Source: Choristocarpus tenellus KU-1152
Lineage: Eukaryota > Protista > Phaeophyceae
Length of the DNA stretch: 55,366 nt
Direction: 5' to 3'
Assembly: GCA_964200185.2 (NCBI GenBank)
Contig: CAXNAD020000007.1
Location: 1-55,366 of the forward strand
Positions 1-14,000 of this stretch are shown here, in pieces. The number at the start of each line of letters is the position of its first letter. Within the stretch, counting starts at the first letter, position 1. The translations under genes and the position numbers were made by a program. Below the pieces are notes generated by a model that did not search any database, was not told the origin of the DNA, and saw only the letters and a program-made list of their open reading frames with translations.

Positions 1-915
1 GACACTTTCCGCGCACCATTTTGGGTCAAACCCATCCTCCATAGTATGCTCCATCCTCAATTTTGGTGAGAGGCTGTTCCTTGTGTGAGAGGTGATCTAT
101 TGAACTCCATGTCAACGAAAAGCTTGGAAATGCTTTCAATTTGTTCACAAGGATGTAAAAGCATCAGTATTGCGAATAGAAAGAAATTGGGATTAAAATC
201 ATAGTAGCAAGAATTTTTTCGATTAACTCGATTGAACTGTTGGTGGATGAGGTTCCATGTGAAGAATGAGCAAAGATCGCCGAGTGGGGCATTCCTCCAC
301 GACACAGAAAAATATTTTCAACTGGAACAGGGCCCCCTGGATGCAAGAAATTTTGAATTCCACCTCTGTTCTGTGTTCTTTTTCCATCGCCAGAGGCATG
401 ATCTCCTGGGTTAGTATCTGAGATGGACTAATGCTTATTCATGTCTTTATGACTGAAGAATAATAACCGGCTGAGGGGTTGACTGTGAAAAGTGAAGATA
501 GATTCATCATGGCTATTATAATACACCTCTTTTACTTCTATAACATTCTTGAGATGTGAGAGAGAGGGTGTCATTCAAATAAGAGAACAGACATACACAA
601 CAGTTGTTAGTGGTGACACCTTTGTGGTGATGAACGCTCTACAATAGGTTGTGTGACACATTGTGTTTTCCATAAAAAACAAAAAATAACCGAACAATCG
701 AACTTCTTCAGGTATGATCTCGGTTATTCTCAATAGATTGAACTAAAGCCAATTAAATATAGTTCACTTCACTACATAGATTTACAAAATATTCCAGTAT
801 CAACTAAATGACTTGGGGCAAATGCTACTTCATTGTGTGCATTTCATCAAAGCAGTCCTTGTATCTACTCAAAGGATTTCATTATTCCTTCCCATCCCAG
901 GAGAATATCATGGAG

Positions 916-1048
916 TCATGATATTATGTTTCTCTCAAGAAAAGAGAGGAAACGTTCCTTGTACTCTTGCGGTGGCACTGCAGATATCTTGTGCCTATTG
1001 TAGGCCACTCCCTTGACTCGCGTCTCTAGATCCTTTCGAAGATTATAC
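916..1048 (-). CDS. PIP5K terminal exon (activation loop and stop codon)
   Basis: ttttag| acceptor; (R)YNLRKDLETRVKGVAYNRHKISAVPPQEYKERFLSFLERNIIS*; joins exon 7031-7098 in phase 2. Confidence 0.9.
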
Positions 1049-4000
1049 CTAAAATTCCAGGGATAACGCGGTGGATGGAAGGAAAAATGTATTTTTGTGT
1101 TACTTACAAGTCTTAGACCTTACGTACCACCGCAATAATGTATAATTTCGTCCAAAACTGTACATACTGGTCTTAAAACTTTGGAAGTACTCAGTTTGTT
1201 TCCCCGACTTCCTCCTTTTCTATTTCACTTTCTTCTGTCATCGACGGTCAGCTTAACACTTGGCAGGTGCATGTGCGGCAGTTTGCGGTCACAATCAAGT
1301 GTAAGGTATAGCAAAAAAATGCTTACATGATTGGCCTCAGAATATTATTTGTTGGCAGTATAACACAATCATGTTGTGAACATAAGGGTGACAATACAAC
1401 ATAATATAATGCAACATAACACATCACTGAGTGGTATAATGTCCAGAGTGTGCAGCATTCTCCAAATGAACTCATTTCAATTGTTACGTTCTACCTTACA
1501 GATATTCTAAAACTTGTATCAGAAAGCTTCATTCAACTTTTGAGGTTGAGAAAACACTTAAGAGAAGAAAGGAAGGAGAGGTGCTTAGCTGATGGGATTG
1601 GCATCTTCATCTCTACCGAAAATGGAGCATACCACCAACTCTGATAGCAAAATCAAAGGCTAAGCCTGCACACAGGAAACATGCTTCTTTACTTGAAATC
1701 CCCAAAAGAAAGGGAATGAGGTGAAGTAGGGAATTGAGGGCAATCACACATCTTGCTTGTCCTACGTCCAATCCTAGTGACAATACCAAAAGTATGATTG
1801 TGTTGGTTTTTCAAAAGCAGTCAGAGGTTGTGTGATACAAAGCAGGACGAAATAGCTGTGTCTTTGTTTGGGCTTTGACATGAACCTAAACGCAATGACT
1901 GATGTGATGGGTCTTCACTACCCTCTGCTGTGTAGTTGCTCAAGCAACGCACTGTCATTCGTGTACATTGGTATGTAGAATGGATATATTTGGTTCTGTC
2001 TGATGGGCATACTGAAGTAGTTACTGGCACCTGATATACACGGATAATCATGTGCATGTTTTGTGATACCGTGCAGCAACTGATTGTGGAAGCCACAATG
2101 TGTGAATATCATGAAGATACACTGTAAACTTCTATCCTTGCTCCCTGTGCAAGTATCAATTCCAGGAGCTTACAGATTCAATGTCAGCATCAAAAAATAT
2201 AACTTTGGTGTAGTTTGTGGGATGATGTTCACGTAGGAAAAGTTGGGTATTTCTGGATTCGGCAACAAAGCAGTCACTGTGTGACATACAAAGGCACAAA
2301 AACATTGTGTATCAGAGTAGTACTATTATTACACTACCGGCCATTACTCACTCCACGTGTTTAGTCATACATACTACTTTGTTGCATGCTAAACAGTGGC
2401 ATAACATGTTTCCTGATTGCCACTTGATGGCGTGCAGAATGCTTGCACAACACACCCTTGTGCTCTTGTCCTCATCTTGTTCATGTTGTGATGGGGTAGG
2501 ACAGTGGTTCAAAAACTTCCCTAAGTTCTGAGCTTCAGTCTCGATATAATAATAGTCTGGCTAGAAAACAAGATCCAGACCAGCTAGACCCTCAGAATGA
2601 TATATATATATATATATATATCCCTGACCTTAGGAGGAGAATATCCCACTATCTCGCACAAGCCAAACCAAGTGAGAGGTAGACAGGGTTGCATTTTAAG
2701 GATCCTGAGAAAGGGCAAAAATGCATCTTGTACAATTGCAGCAAGAGTCCTTCCTTAACTGTGATGCCACATTGTGTATGGAAAGGGGGAATATTGATTT
2801 TGTTTGTGCTATTGAGCACATAAAGCAAAGGAATAGAGTGTATAGCACAAGGTAAAAACAATGGCTTAGAATGCAAATGGGTTCAAACCATCCTACCTCT
2901 CAATTGGTTTGCCTCCATAGATCTTTACCCTGAAGACTGTGGATGGTGTGAGGCAGACAGTAACCATGATGGGAAAATGCGTAGAGACAAAGGATTCGTA
3001 TGCAGCAATGACTCATGGAGCTGGTACAAAATGTATGACTGTCCATGCAAGGTCACAAGAAGACTTTTTCGCCCGTAAAGATTTGACTGTTGAGGAGGAT
3101 CTTGGCTGCTGGAAGTCCTCGTTTTGGATATTGTGTTGATCTTTGGCATGACCAGTGAAGTAATTTGTGCCAGACAAATTCCACCCAATGATTTTACTGG
3201 AGGTGGCATTTGACTACTCTTTTGGCCTGATCAATATTGTTGTTGATGATTTGGATGGAAAAACAAAAAAGAGCAATTATCCTTGATATTGAGACTGGTA
3301 GAGTTGCCCAAGCTAAGACAGAATTTAACCTTTCGAGTAAGCTTCAGTTCAAAGGGGGCGTGTACAACGATTTCATGACTAAGCTGGCATTATTCAGAAC
3401 CCACAACTTGTACGGATCGATGCGCAACCGACATAATGATCCCAATTCTCAATGCCTCTGCAACTACAATACGAATCTTGGTTCTTGTGAACTCCTCAAA
3501 AGGGAGGTGGTCTGCTCGGATTATTGCATACAAATCAGATCTTCTGGAGATTGCCTGGAGGGCACCTGTTACCTATGGTCAACTACCAAGCCATACAATC
3601 CCATTACCCCAATCTTGCAGCATTCAACTGACAAGATTTCATTGCTGTATCACCAGATACTTCCACTGTAGCATTGTAATTCACTGGCAATATGCCACAA
3701 CCACATCACATAAGTTAAGTCATGTCACTGGCAAACAGACACAGCTGTGAAAGGGCGTGGTCCTTGTCCATGCATGGTGGCAGGGTGTGTGGGGGAGTAC
3801 GGGCGGACTATCACTATGAAGAGTCTAATTGTAATCAAGATGGGCCCATACCCTAAGGAATACTTCATCTATTGATGAGGGAGTGAATGTAGCAGTTGAC
3901 ATTCCTCAAACAAGCAACCCTACAAAATGGGCTACGTAGCAAAAGCAATGGCATTCCTCCAAGCATCTTGTTGACACCCAAACACATGATCGTTGAAGAA

Positions 4001-7000
4001 ATTGCAATGTCCATGTGCCTTTTCATATGCCTCCACGGTATCGCAATTGCTGTTCGTCAAATGAGGACACACTTGAATGTATCAATGCAGGCAATTTAGC
4101 AAAAGTGTACAACTGAGGATAGGCCAGCTGTACACCCAAACGTATCACTGTGTCGCCCAATGTTGCCACACCAGTGTCACACACACCAACTGAATCCATG
4201 GGAGACAATCAAAGGGGCATGGCAATATATACCTCATACATATATATAGTTATGCCTGAATACAGACAATCTCCTAGCCTGTACGCTACTCTGGCTAGTT
4301 TGCTGATATAAAAGCGCTTGAAGTGTAGGAGGCTCAACTAGCAAAACGACTTTGTTAAACCGATGTATTGAGTAGTATCAGGACTTTCATTGGGGCATGC
4401 AAGAGGATTCGCCTGCATGCTGGATTGGTTCCAATTATTTCTGACATATCTGGATGAGGGCTGTCAGAGACCCTGACTGGGCCAGAGCCAGTGTGAGGCC
4501 ATGCTGGAATGTATGGGTAGAAGGCCGACCAAGTCCAACTCTTTAAAAATTTTGTGACTGAAGGTGGTGCCTGAAGGAAAAAATGAAAAGCATGGGTTAT
4601 TCCCACATGTATGGGGGATAAATTGGGACACATTTTGACCAGGTCGAACAGGAAAATTCTTCTATTTTTGACCCTGGCCATCAACATTTTCAACACGACT
4701 GAGCATGGTTCCAGTACATTCTAAGAGGGACAGTCCATGACCATCAAGTGATGTCCGGGCCATAGGCTGGACCATAGTCATGACCTGAACCCCAACCATG
4801 CTAACTGCCCGGACTAATGAAATGTACTGACCACCATCCCTAACCCTAATTGGGATATATCAAGCAAAGAGAGGGCGGTACATGATAAAGGAGTAAATGA
4901 CCGTTAGATCAAGTGTGCCAACACAACCAGTTGGCAAACTTAAACCAACATTTCCTTGTCTGTGTAACTTCACATACTCAACAAGTTCTTCCACACCACA
5001 AATCAGAGTGTGAGGAGGCGATGATTGGATTCCTTGTGAAAACTTGGCTGGGAAATGCTTCCAAGCACAGCCTCAATATTTCACAAGTTTATCTGAGGTG
5101 GATATGTGCAAAATGAGCGCTCATGGTGTGTGAGCAGAGGAAGTGTCAGAGGGATGCACAGTCCAAGGAGGAAAGAAGGCACGAAGGCATGGCATGAAAC
5201 ATGTGGAAGCTACTCATGGTGATTATGGTGGTTGTAGTGGTAGTGCTTCGAAATCTGCGCTGCTCATTGCAACAATGAGACTGCAAGAGAGACAGAGCCA
5301 TTGCTGGTGGTTGGTGCTGATGCTGCAGCGGATGGAGAATCACAGTACGACAGAGCTGGAGTGAGTCAACCTTCTTAAAAAAAATGCCATCAATTAACCC
5401 AAGCGACTCTAGGAGAATATGCTTGATGTGTGCTGCTCAGTCAGAGGGACAACATGCCTCTAATGAGACTTTTGCATGATGTTATAACTAGATCTCATGC
5501 CAAGCGATTGGCCCAGTTGGCTGAGCATGTCAGGCTTTGTGTTGCTACTATGCTGTGGCACAGGAGTAGGCAGCTCAGTATACCATGGTCATGCAGGTGT
5601 AGCGTGGTTTATACCTATCATATGTATGAGTTTGGCACACTCCATACGTATTGCCCTCAAAAAACGCATATTTAGACAGTGTTTTGGAGCATGCTACCTT
5701 GGCACACTAGATCATTGATAGGCTTCAACTATCCTGTCTCAAGTGTGACTTTTTGTTCCACATTAAAACATAATTCGGTACTCTGAATGGAGTTGAAATC
5801 TACAGGAGGATTCAAACAAATGCGATTGAGATGATGGGCAGCGCATGACCAAACTGGGGGCAGGCTGATCTTACATGACCAAGGTGAGGCGGAGATGACT
5901 ACAAGGAATGCAAAGCAGTGGAAGGGGTGAAGAAGGCAACCCCCTAGCAGCCCATCCAGTAGCCATCTACAGTAAGGTCTATCCTGCCATATCCCACCCA
6001 CCAAGCTCTACACAACCTATCTAAAACATGTTACCCAAGATCATTAATAAGACGCGGACACCTCAACAAACCTCTGCACACCTGTTGCTATGAGATGAAT
6101 CGAACTGAGAAAAAACACCCACAGGCGACTCAAAATTCCAACTACATTTTTTCAATGTCAATGGTAAAAGTTTCAGAGTCACTTTACCTTGATACTACAA
6201 AAAAAATCATGCCCACACCTTGAAAAACATTGTTGGTGAAAAAAATGGAGTTTCCTGAGTTTCCAGCTTACGGACAGACAAAAATAATAATTTTTCAAAG
6301 TCTATCCAAATCAATTCCTTTTTTCTTGAAATATCAGGATGAAGCAACCCTCAAAATTTGTTAGTTGAACCTTGAAGATTGTAATGGGAATTTTGATTCT
6401 AGTTATGAGGTTCAGTACAGCACTCTGTTCAAGACAGTGAGGCTCTACACTAGTTGGGAGCTGTAACTTGAGGTGTACATAATCTCTCTGACTGAATAGG
6501 TGCAGAAATTTCATCACCTACAGGCATTATGCACAAACAGCAACATTGCAAACATCCGATCAATGTAGAGCCGTATCAACGAGCAGAAACTGGTGCAACA
6601 AAACCCTTGGTGTTGGTGACTCAACAATGTGTTGTAGGGTTAGGGCTATTGTTGGTGCTGAAGGTGCTGTAGGAGGATGGCATGAGCCCTCCTATAGGAT
6701 ATTACAAATAGGGTGACTACAATTTTATTCCCATCACTTTATTACCCATTGTCAATATTTTGTTCTAGGACCAACTGTTCAATTTTCCTTCTGAAAAATG
6801 CTTTTGCCTGGAGTCTTCATTTCAATAGTAGATTCTCCCCAGTCCAAGTCATTCTTTTGTGCTGATTTTCAAATTTATATACGTAAGGTACATTGAATGT
6901 TCGTAGTGCCCAGGGGTTCAGGGTGCCAGGACTCTTGCAAGAGCTAGAAAATTCAGTGCATACCAGAATTGGCTGGAATAAGTATGTTTTCATCTCAAAA

Positions 7001-10000
7001 AAATTTCATAATCTACTAAGCAGGACTCACCTTTGCAGTACATCTATGATACCTGCATAAACAACCACACCGGGCTCCTTTCCCATGTATATCCCCGCCT
7101 GATGAGGATTTCACAACATAAGTAACGGGTGTGATCGTCAAGAGGAAAATGGGGAAGGTAGTTATGGGAGGATTCGGATCACTCTTGAATTGATAAGGAA
7201 CAGCAGAGTGTGGAGTCTGAGGTGTTTATTTTAACCTTGAAAAATCACTTCTGGTCTAGAGTTGTAGTGCACATGGTTGACCAGAGATAAATCCGCATCG
7301 TAGTCGACAAAGCCTGCAACTGAGTGAATCCAAGAAGTGAAAAAAAAAATCCAACATTCAATGGTATGAATCTTGTAGAGTGAGGGACACACACATGCAT
7401 TTGCGTTCTGTTCTTGGATATCTCTATCTGAAGCTGTCTTGTGGTACAAAATATTTGGTTGTGACAAGAAGAGGTAAACCTTACCCAGCTCAGGACAAGG
7501 ATAGGTGCCACCTGCAGCCTTTGTTGACCCCCAGTACAACTAACCAACTAGACTACTATCAACCATACTAGAGGCAGCAGCAATTCCTTTATATTTCTAA
7601 CCTTGTAACAGGGCCACAAAATTTGGAGAATTTGTCAGAAGTTGGGAATAACAGCATAAATAGTGATCATAATTAAAATCTTAGACTATAGGTAGGAACC
7701 TTAGATTGGGCAATTCTACAGTAATCTAGCACAGACAAGTTTTCCTACGTTGACAGTGCATCTATGATTACCTATACGTTAATGCCACTAATATAAAAAT
7801 ATTTAAACACAATTTTTGACATAATTTGAACTACTTCTGACATGTCCCATCTATGAGAACATTCTATTGCAATTCAAACAAGCTCAAAACAGTACTTTCT
7901 TGAAGAATGGTTCTCACACCAACTAGGTCTGTATTCCTGTCAGTCACTATATATTCTAATACTATTCATCCTGTGGCCACTAATTCCTTCACAAGGCGGT
8001 TTCGTACACAAGTGTGCTTTGTGTTGTGGAGAAAGCATTGTTACTGACTAGGTGGAGCATTTTCCCAAGTTGTCCTCTTTAGTCATGATTGATATACACT
8101 CTGGAAATCCAAATTTGTTGAGAGTTGTCCAAGATAAAGAACCTCTTGAGCAGTAGTTGACAAGCGTCCAGGGTCCTTGAACATACCTCGTTCAATATTT
8201 AGATACCCACATTTTCTGCATGGAAGGTGCATTTATGTGATTATGCTTTATCAGACCATGTGCACGGAGCATGATACATGAGACTCTCATAATTTCCTTT
8301 CTGTAGCAGATTTCTTCAGTATCTGTAACCTTATGTTTTGTGAATGGGTTTGCTACACCTATTAGCTGGGCCTTGTTACTATCAGTTGAATCTAATTTAG
8401 CAAGGATAGACCTTGCATAGATACACCGATGAAGCCCAATTCATCCCTCAGAGTGTCTATTCTAGTCCTACCTTGAGAGATGTACCAGGAACCACCTTGA
8501 CATAGACATACAGATCAGAGACTGTGACTTTCAGCCCAAACTCTAGCAGCATTTTGTGTAGATAGTCAAACCAGTTGCATGAAGACTGCTTCAGTCCAGG
8601 AAAATATTTCCTCAGCCTGCAGACACAACACCAGACACTTGCGAAAACCTTTGTCTTACCAATATGGCTTTGTGACGATCAGCTGTCAATGTTTTCAACA
8701 ACTGGTTGAATTGTTGTGTTGACAGTTTTCCAGTCTTCATATATTTCCATGCTGTCCAGCTCTTTTGCAAAGCTCTTCTCCAACCTTTTGACCCTTCTAC
8801 AAATTTTTCTTCACTCATTTGATTTGGGTTCACCCCCCACTGGTACAACCATAACCTCACATGCACGTGATGGAGTTTCATTATAGTTCCTTAGAGAAAT
8901 GAGGGAGGGCCTCTTCCTGTCATCTGTATATTGCAGGTGAGTTGGCAAATATACTTGTGACCAGTGTGTCAGTAAGGTTTGTATCAGTATCATTATCTTC
9001 TGAAGGATTGATCTTCTTGATTCCTTCCTCTTTCTCAGATTCTGTATATCAAAGATTATTTTTGTGTCCAACTTGCCCCCAAAGCATTGAGAAGGACTTG
9101 GACTTTATACTGCCTGTGAGGGCGATGATTTTCATGCCTCATTACCATAAAACCTTACATATGACTCCTCACCATACCTCACAAGGCAGCCCTTCCAGGC
9201 CTTGAATTAACTTGTTTTGATGTTCCATGTATATAGAGGCTCTACTATTCCATACACGCAGATGCTTAAGTGAGGCATGACTGCTATGCATGACTGCTCT
9301 CAACCAAAATGGGGCGGCCCACACTTATCTATGATTCCGTCCCCAAAGGCCTCAAAAACTCCATTCTAGCACGGTATTTTGGTGTATGCACCAAGGAATC
9401 TAGGGGGAGCTTGCCTTGCCGTCTCTGCCTTTTCCTTGCCAAGACGGGGAATTTTGAAGGAATTCCAGCACTTCACCGTAGACTCTAAAGAGGCTCTGCC
9501 AGATGCGCTCTAGTATCTCCCAGTGGTACACATTGAACACCTCCATTGTGGCCTCCACCAGCTCCTCCGTGTTGGTCACCCCCACGTCTTCCTTCAGTTG
9601 CTTGATGGAATGAAAGAATCCCAGGTTGTTGATATTGAGCTCAGGTGAGTTAGCTGGCTGGCTCTCCATGGCAATGTCATCCCCCGCTGCCTCCTTGACT
9701 GTCTCCATGATCCCCCCCTTGGTGTGTGGCTTTGCCCCATCCTGCTGCACGAAGATGGTGTGTCCTTCCAGCCTAGTTATGCAGGCCTTAATTACCCAAA
9801 TGACATCCTCAATCACGAACCTCTTACACCACCTCTCCCCATCCACCATGGCTGGCACAAGCACCTTGGTGCCCTTGGGGTGGTGTTTGCTGGAGTGCTG
9901 AGCGACGTTAGTGTCCATATTTGACCAGATCTCGATTTTCCCATCGAATCACACCCCATAGGAGAGCTTCCCAGAGCAGCCCACAGCTGCAAGGAACATC

Positions 10001-11024
10001 ACCTTCATAATGTAATACTTATTCTATGCCTGTGGCGGTTTGGGGGGGTCCTCAGTGGGGTGCAGGTACACACCTTGCCCGTCTTTGATGATGTAAAACC
10101 ACTTCTTGTCCCCATGCACCCAGTCATATAGATCATCCACTAAGACTCAACTTCCCCCCTTCCTGTGCGTGTGGCTGATGACGAAACCCACCCTGTTGAC
10201 TTTCTGCCAATCTGAGAGGATTGACTTGACCTTCACCTTCTCGTGCTTGCACAGATCCCAGAACAAGGCAAGGGAGACCCCAGCTTTGGCTGTCCTTTTG
10301 CGGAAGGATGTGTGGTGTACTGATGGGACACACTAAACATTGAGGATACTTGTGCAGTGGCCACATTACCCTTTGCGACATCATACAATGTCCAGGCATT
10401 CGCCCCGTGCGATCTGACTGTCATACTCCTTCAGATGATGGAACATAGTGATTTGGGAAATTCCCAAGTCCTCTGCGATGGTCACTGCCGTCCCCCAAGG
10501 CATCCAAGTCTCACACCCTCTTGACAGGCAAAATTCCACCACGCTGTTCTTTGTCGGGGTGTTTGAGTCTGAACCCCAGACACACACATCTGGACCAAAA
10601 AATTGGGACCAACTGGCAATGACAGGATGAGCGAGCTGGTTGAACAATGGGAGGCCTTTATCCTCGGCATCCCAATAAACACCCGCTTTGACAATTCCAC
10701 AAGGTTTCGAACCCCTTCAAATATGACTCAGTCAACTTTGCACTGGTGATTCCTCCACAGTCATGACAGCCCACCATCTCAAACTTTGCACACCTCCCAA
10801 TCTCTATGAGAACTAAGCCCCGTCCAGAGAGTTTATCACGTGGGTCGTTCCCGGGTGAGAACGGGGCTTGCAAAAGTTACATTACATTAAATTCCAAATG
10901 GAGGAAGTAGGAAGTAAGGCAAATATTTGTCCTGATGGGATCATACCCTGGAGAGAGCCCAGAAATGATGATGCCTTCATCCGTGCTTTTGAAATTGTCT
11001 CACCCATATCAGTGAGCTTTTCAA

Positions 11025-11070
<46 letters not shown>

Positions 11071-14000
11071 TTATGTGTATGTGACTCTTAAGTAGTAGGC
11101 ATCAGCAACTTCACCCTCTTCCATCCACCATTTCTGATAGTTGGTCAGGTAGGTCCATCGTCTGTCCTAGAGTATGTGACTCATACCTATCTTGGAAGCC
11201 TTGACTATTCCCATGCTCTCCGCATGTGATTTTTCTGAGGAACCAAATTGTCCCAAAATAATGTATGTTGCTCCCTTACAATTTACAGTGAGGTTTGCGT
11301 AAGGTTTCTTGTCAAGTGCGTTCCATGTGGATCCATGTAATTGCCATGTAGGGTGGAGATGCATGTCTTCTCAAGAATTAGACTTTCCATCTCACAAAAA
11401 GTGCCAAATCCCCACTATAAAAGGAAGCTGTGTTCAATTCCTCTTGAAAGTACATGGTCATTTTTGAATGTATTGTCATGTATTATCACGGCAGGATCTT
11501 CTTGAGGGGGGGGGGGGCTCCATGGCCTGATTAGTCATTGCCTGAGGTAACACAGAGAAGGGAATGAATGAACAAATTCAAAGAAATGTACCAGCAAATG
11601 AACACAAAGGCGACAGGAAGTGCAGTTGAATACAGCAAGGAAGAGTTCAGCTAGGTGTAAGGCGTACCAACCAGTTCCCGTCTACACCAGCATCAACACC
11701 AAGGTCCATCACTGCCTCTCGGTTCATTTGGAAATAAGTTGAAACACGACATAGAAGCACATCACTAAAGAACAAATAGAGAAAAATAAAATAAAACACT
11801 CCTGAAACGATGACAGTTGACAGACAACAGCAGCAATAGTGCTAACGAGGTGTGCTTGTACCTCTTCCATGCGTCAAGCTATTCACTGATGTTCTTGACT
11901 CTTCCTAGACTTGGTCATTTATAGGCATCCCCACCACCAATGCAGTGTGAACCTCATGCCTAGGTCAATGCCCCTGTAGACATTGTGATCAATTCTCTTT
12001 GGAGAAGCCAGCCACAGGGTCCTGATGTAAGTATCCCATCTCCTATGCAAACATCGCTGGTACTGGTGGGTTGCTAGGGCATACACATCCCCCGAGCCAA
12101 AACACTGGTCAGCGTGTTGAGTCTATATTGGAGGCCTCCTTTGAAACCTCAAGATGCAGCAACATCAAGTGGAACTGATGCCTTGTATCATGGGTTCAAT
12201 CCTATGAACTCGCAAGCCAGCCGTATGACCTCCATAAAATATTTTCTATACATATTTTTCAGGATCAAATTTACCTCTGGGCAACTTAACAGGAATGTGC
12301 TCTACAAACCTGTATTTGATAAAGATACAGTATGATTAACCAATCCCCCAAAAACAGTCAACCAGTTAAACAGCACTTTTTTTTTTGGGGCAGGCTGGCG
12401 ACTAAGACCAGGCAATCCCAGGTTTCCAGCGGTATGAATCATTGTGAAACCATTGGCTCAATTGATGTAGTAGGAACTCAACATCCCACTTTGAAAAATA
12501 CAATGGTATACTACAATAAAAAAAGTCACCAGCGAATAGCTCTGGGGTAATCAAACACTTACTGAACCAAATACCCTGACTGTCAGGTAGAGCATTTTCA
12601 TGGGCATGAATGTGCCTTGGGATTCTTACGACAATGGGGGCAAAGGTACCTAAACCATGAGCATGAAAGTATCCACATAAGGATGAGGACAACTAGGAAG
12701 ACGAAGGGGGAGAAGCAAGCAGAAGGAACAAGAGTTCGAGGTTAAGCATACAATCCAACATCCAGCAGCTCCAACAGCGGATCCTCAATTTCCATGGGAG
12801 GGATCAAGAGATTATGTCCAGCGGAAGCATCAGGTGCATCAAGACAAGCTCCCTTCTGTACAATACTCTGCACCTTCACCCCTCCTTCCAGTCCCCCTTT
12901 CTCAAACAAGCACTACCCTTACACTCTCAGCACTAATCTTATGGCACAGCCCTTTTGTTGTCAGGGATCGTCTAGACATGGTTTTGGGGTCTCCTTATTT
13001 TAGCACTACAATTAATTCGTCCTTGGTGGGTTCCTGCTGCATGATTGTTCTACCCAGCCAACATTTTAATAGGAATATGATCGTCACCACTCCACACAAT
13101 GATTCCTCCTGACAGAGAGGCTCTTCAAATCATCAGGGCAGATATATACAGATGATAACAAATTTCACATTTACTGCATGTATCAACATGCTTTCCTTGC
13201 ATAACGTTGAAAGTCTGTCTCAGATATGACAAGCTGTTGCATGTGGTAGTGCAAAAAGAGCACACAAAATAGAAAACCTAAAATCACCCACCTCTGATGG
13301 TGTCCTTCGCTACTTAGGGGGGATTTTCACCCTTGTTGCTATACACACATGTTTCGATCCAATCAAGTGGGTAAAAAAAATCAATTGCTCTAATACCTAC
13401 TAAACAAATTTCTCAATTCACGACCTTACACACTCCTGTTGACAGAAAATGGACGGTAAATGCGACCTTATGGCAATGGAAAAACGTATTATCGTGTTAA
13501 AAGCTATACTAAAATACCACCAACCAACTTTTCTACCAGATGCAAGATAAATGATAACATTTCTTGGTTTTATTAGAAGTAATTAAAAGTACTGGGTAGC
13601 CTCATGGGGCAAAATGAGTATAATCCCCTGAAAGAACATGAGTTCCACTCAATTCAAATACTACAGTAGAGATAATGAAAAGTTCGAAATGTTACAGCAC
13701 ATTGAACTTTCACAATTCAAATCATTCGCAAGTCACAACTTAGTGAGGTAGGGCCTACAAATCAGTCAAATACAAGAGCCAGAAGTTAAAAAATGATACA
13801 ACTCATCTGTGGCCGTTGGCTTGACCTATAATTCCCGTTTCCACTATTATATGTCCATGATTGTACCTACAACTTGAGTTGGGAAAAAATCTACTTAGCC
13901 AAGATTGACTAGGGCACACATTGGATTGCCTCCTTCCATAGAATGACATATTGTGCAAGTCCCAGGAGTTCACATTGGGGGGATAGTACTTCCTCTGGAT

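Noticed and set aside
57-414. Short ORFs at the window start
   Set aside because: No recognisable domain; they lie downstream of the PIP5K stop codon.
1821-2200. Possible Penelope GIY-YIG fragment (VYQVP...KYI)
   Set aside because: Similarity is too weak and no RT motifs lie nearby.
2925-4200. ORFs up to 144 aa in the last PIP5K intron
   Set aside because: No recognisable motif or exon chain; probably unidentified decayed TE sequence.
6040-6600. Alternative PIP5K terminal exons (SVEPH, YIDRMF, VQRFVE)
   Set aside because: Exon 916-1048 matches the family C-terminus far better and is in the correct phase.
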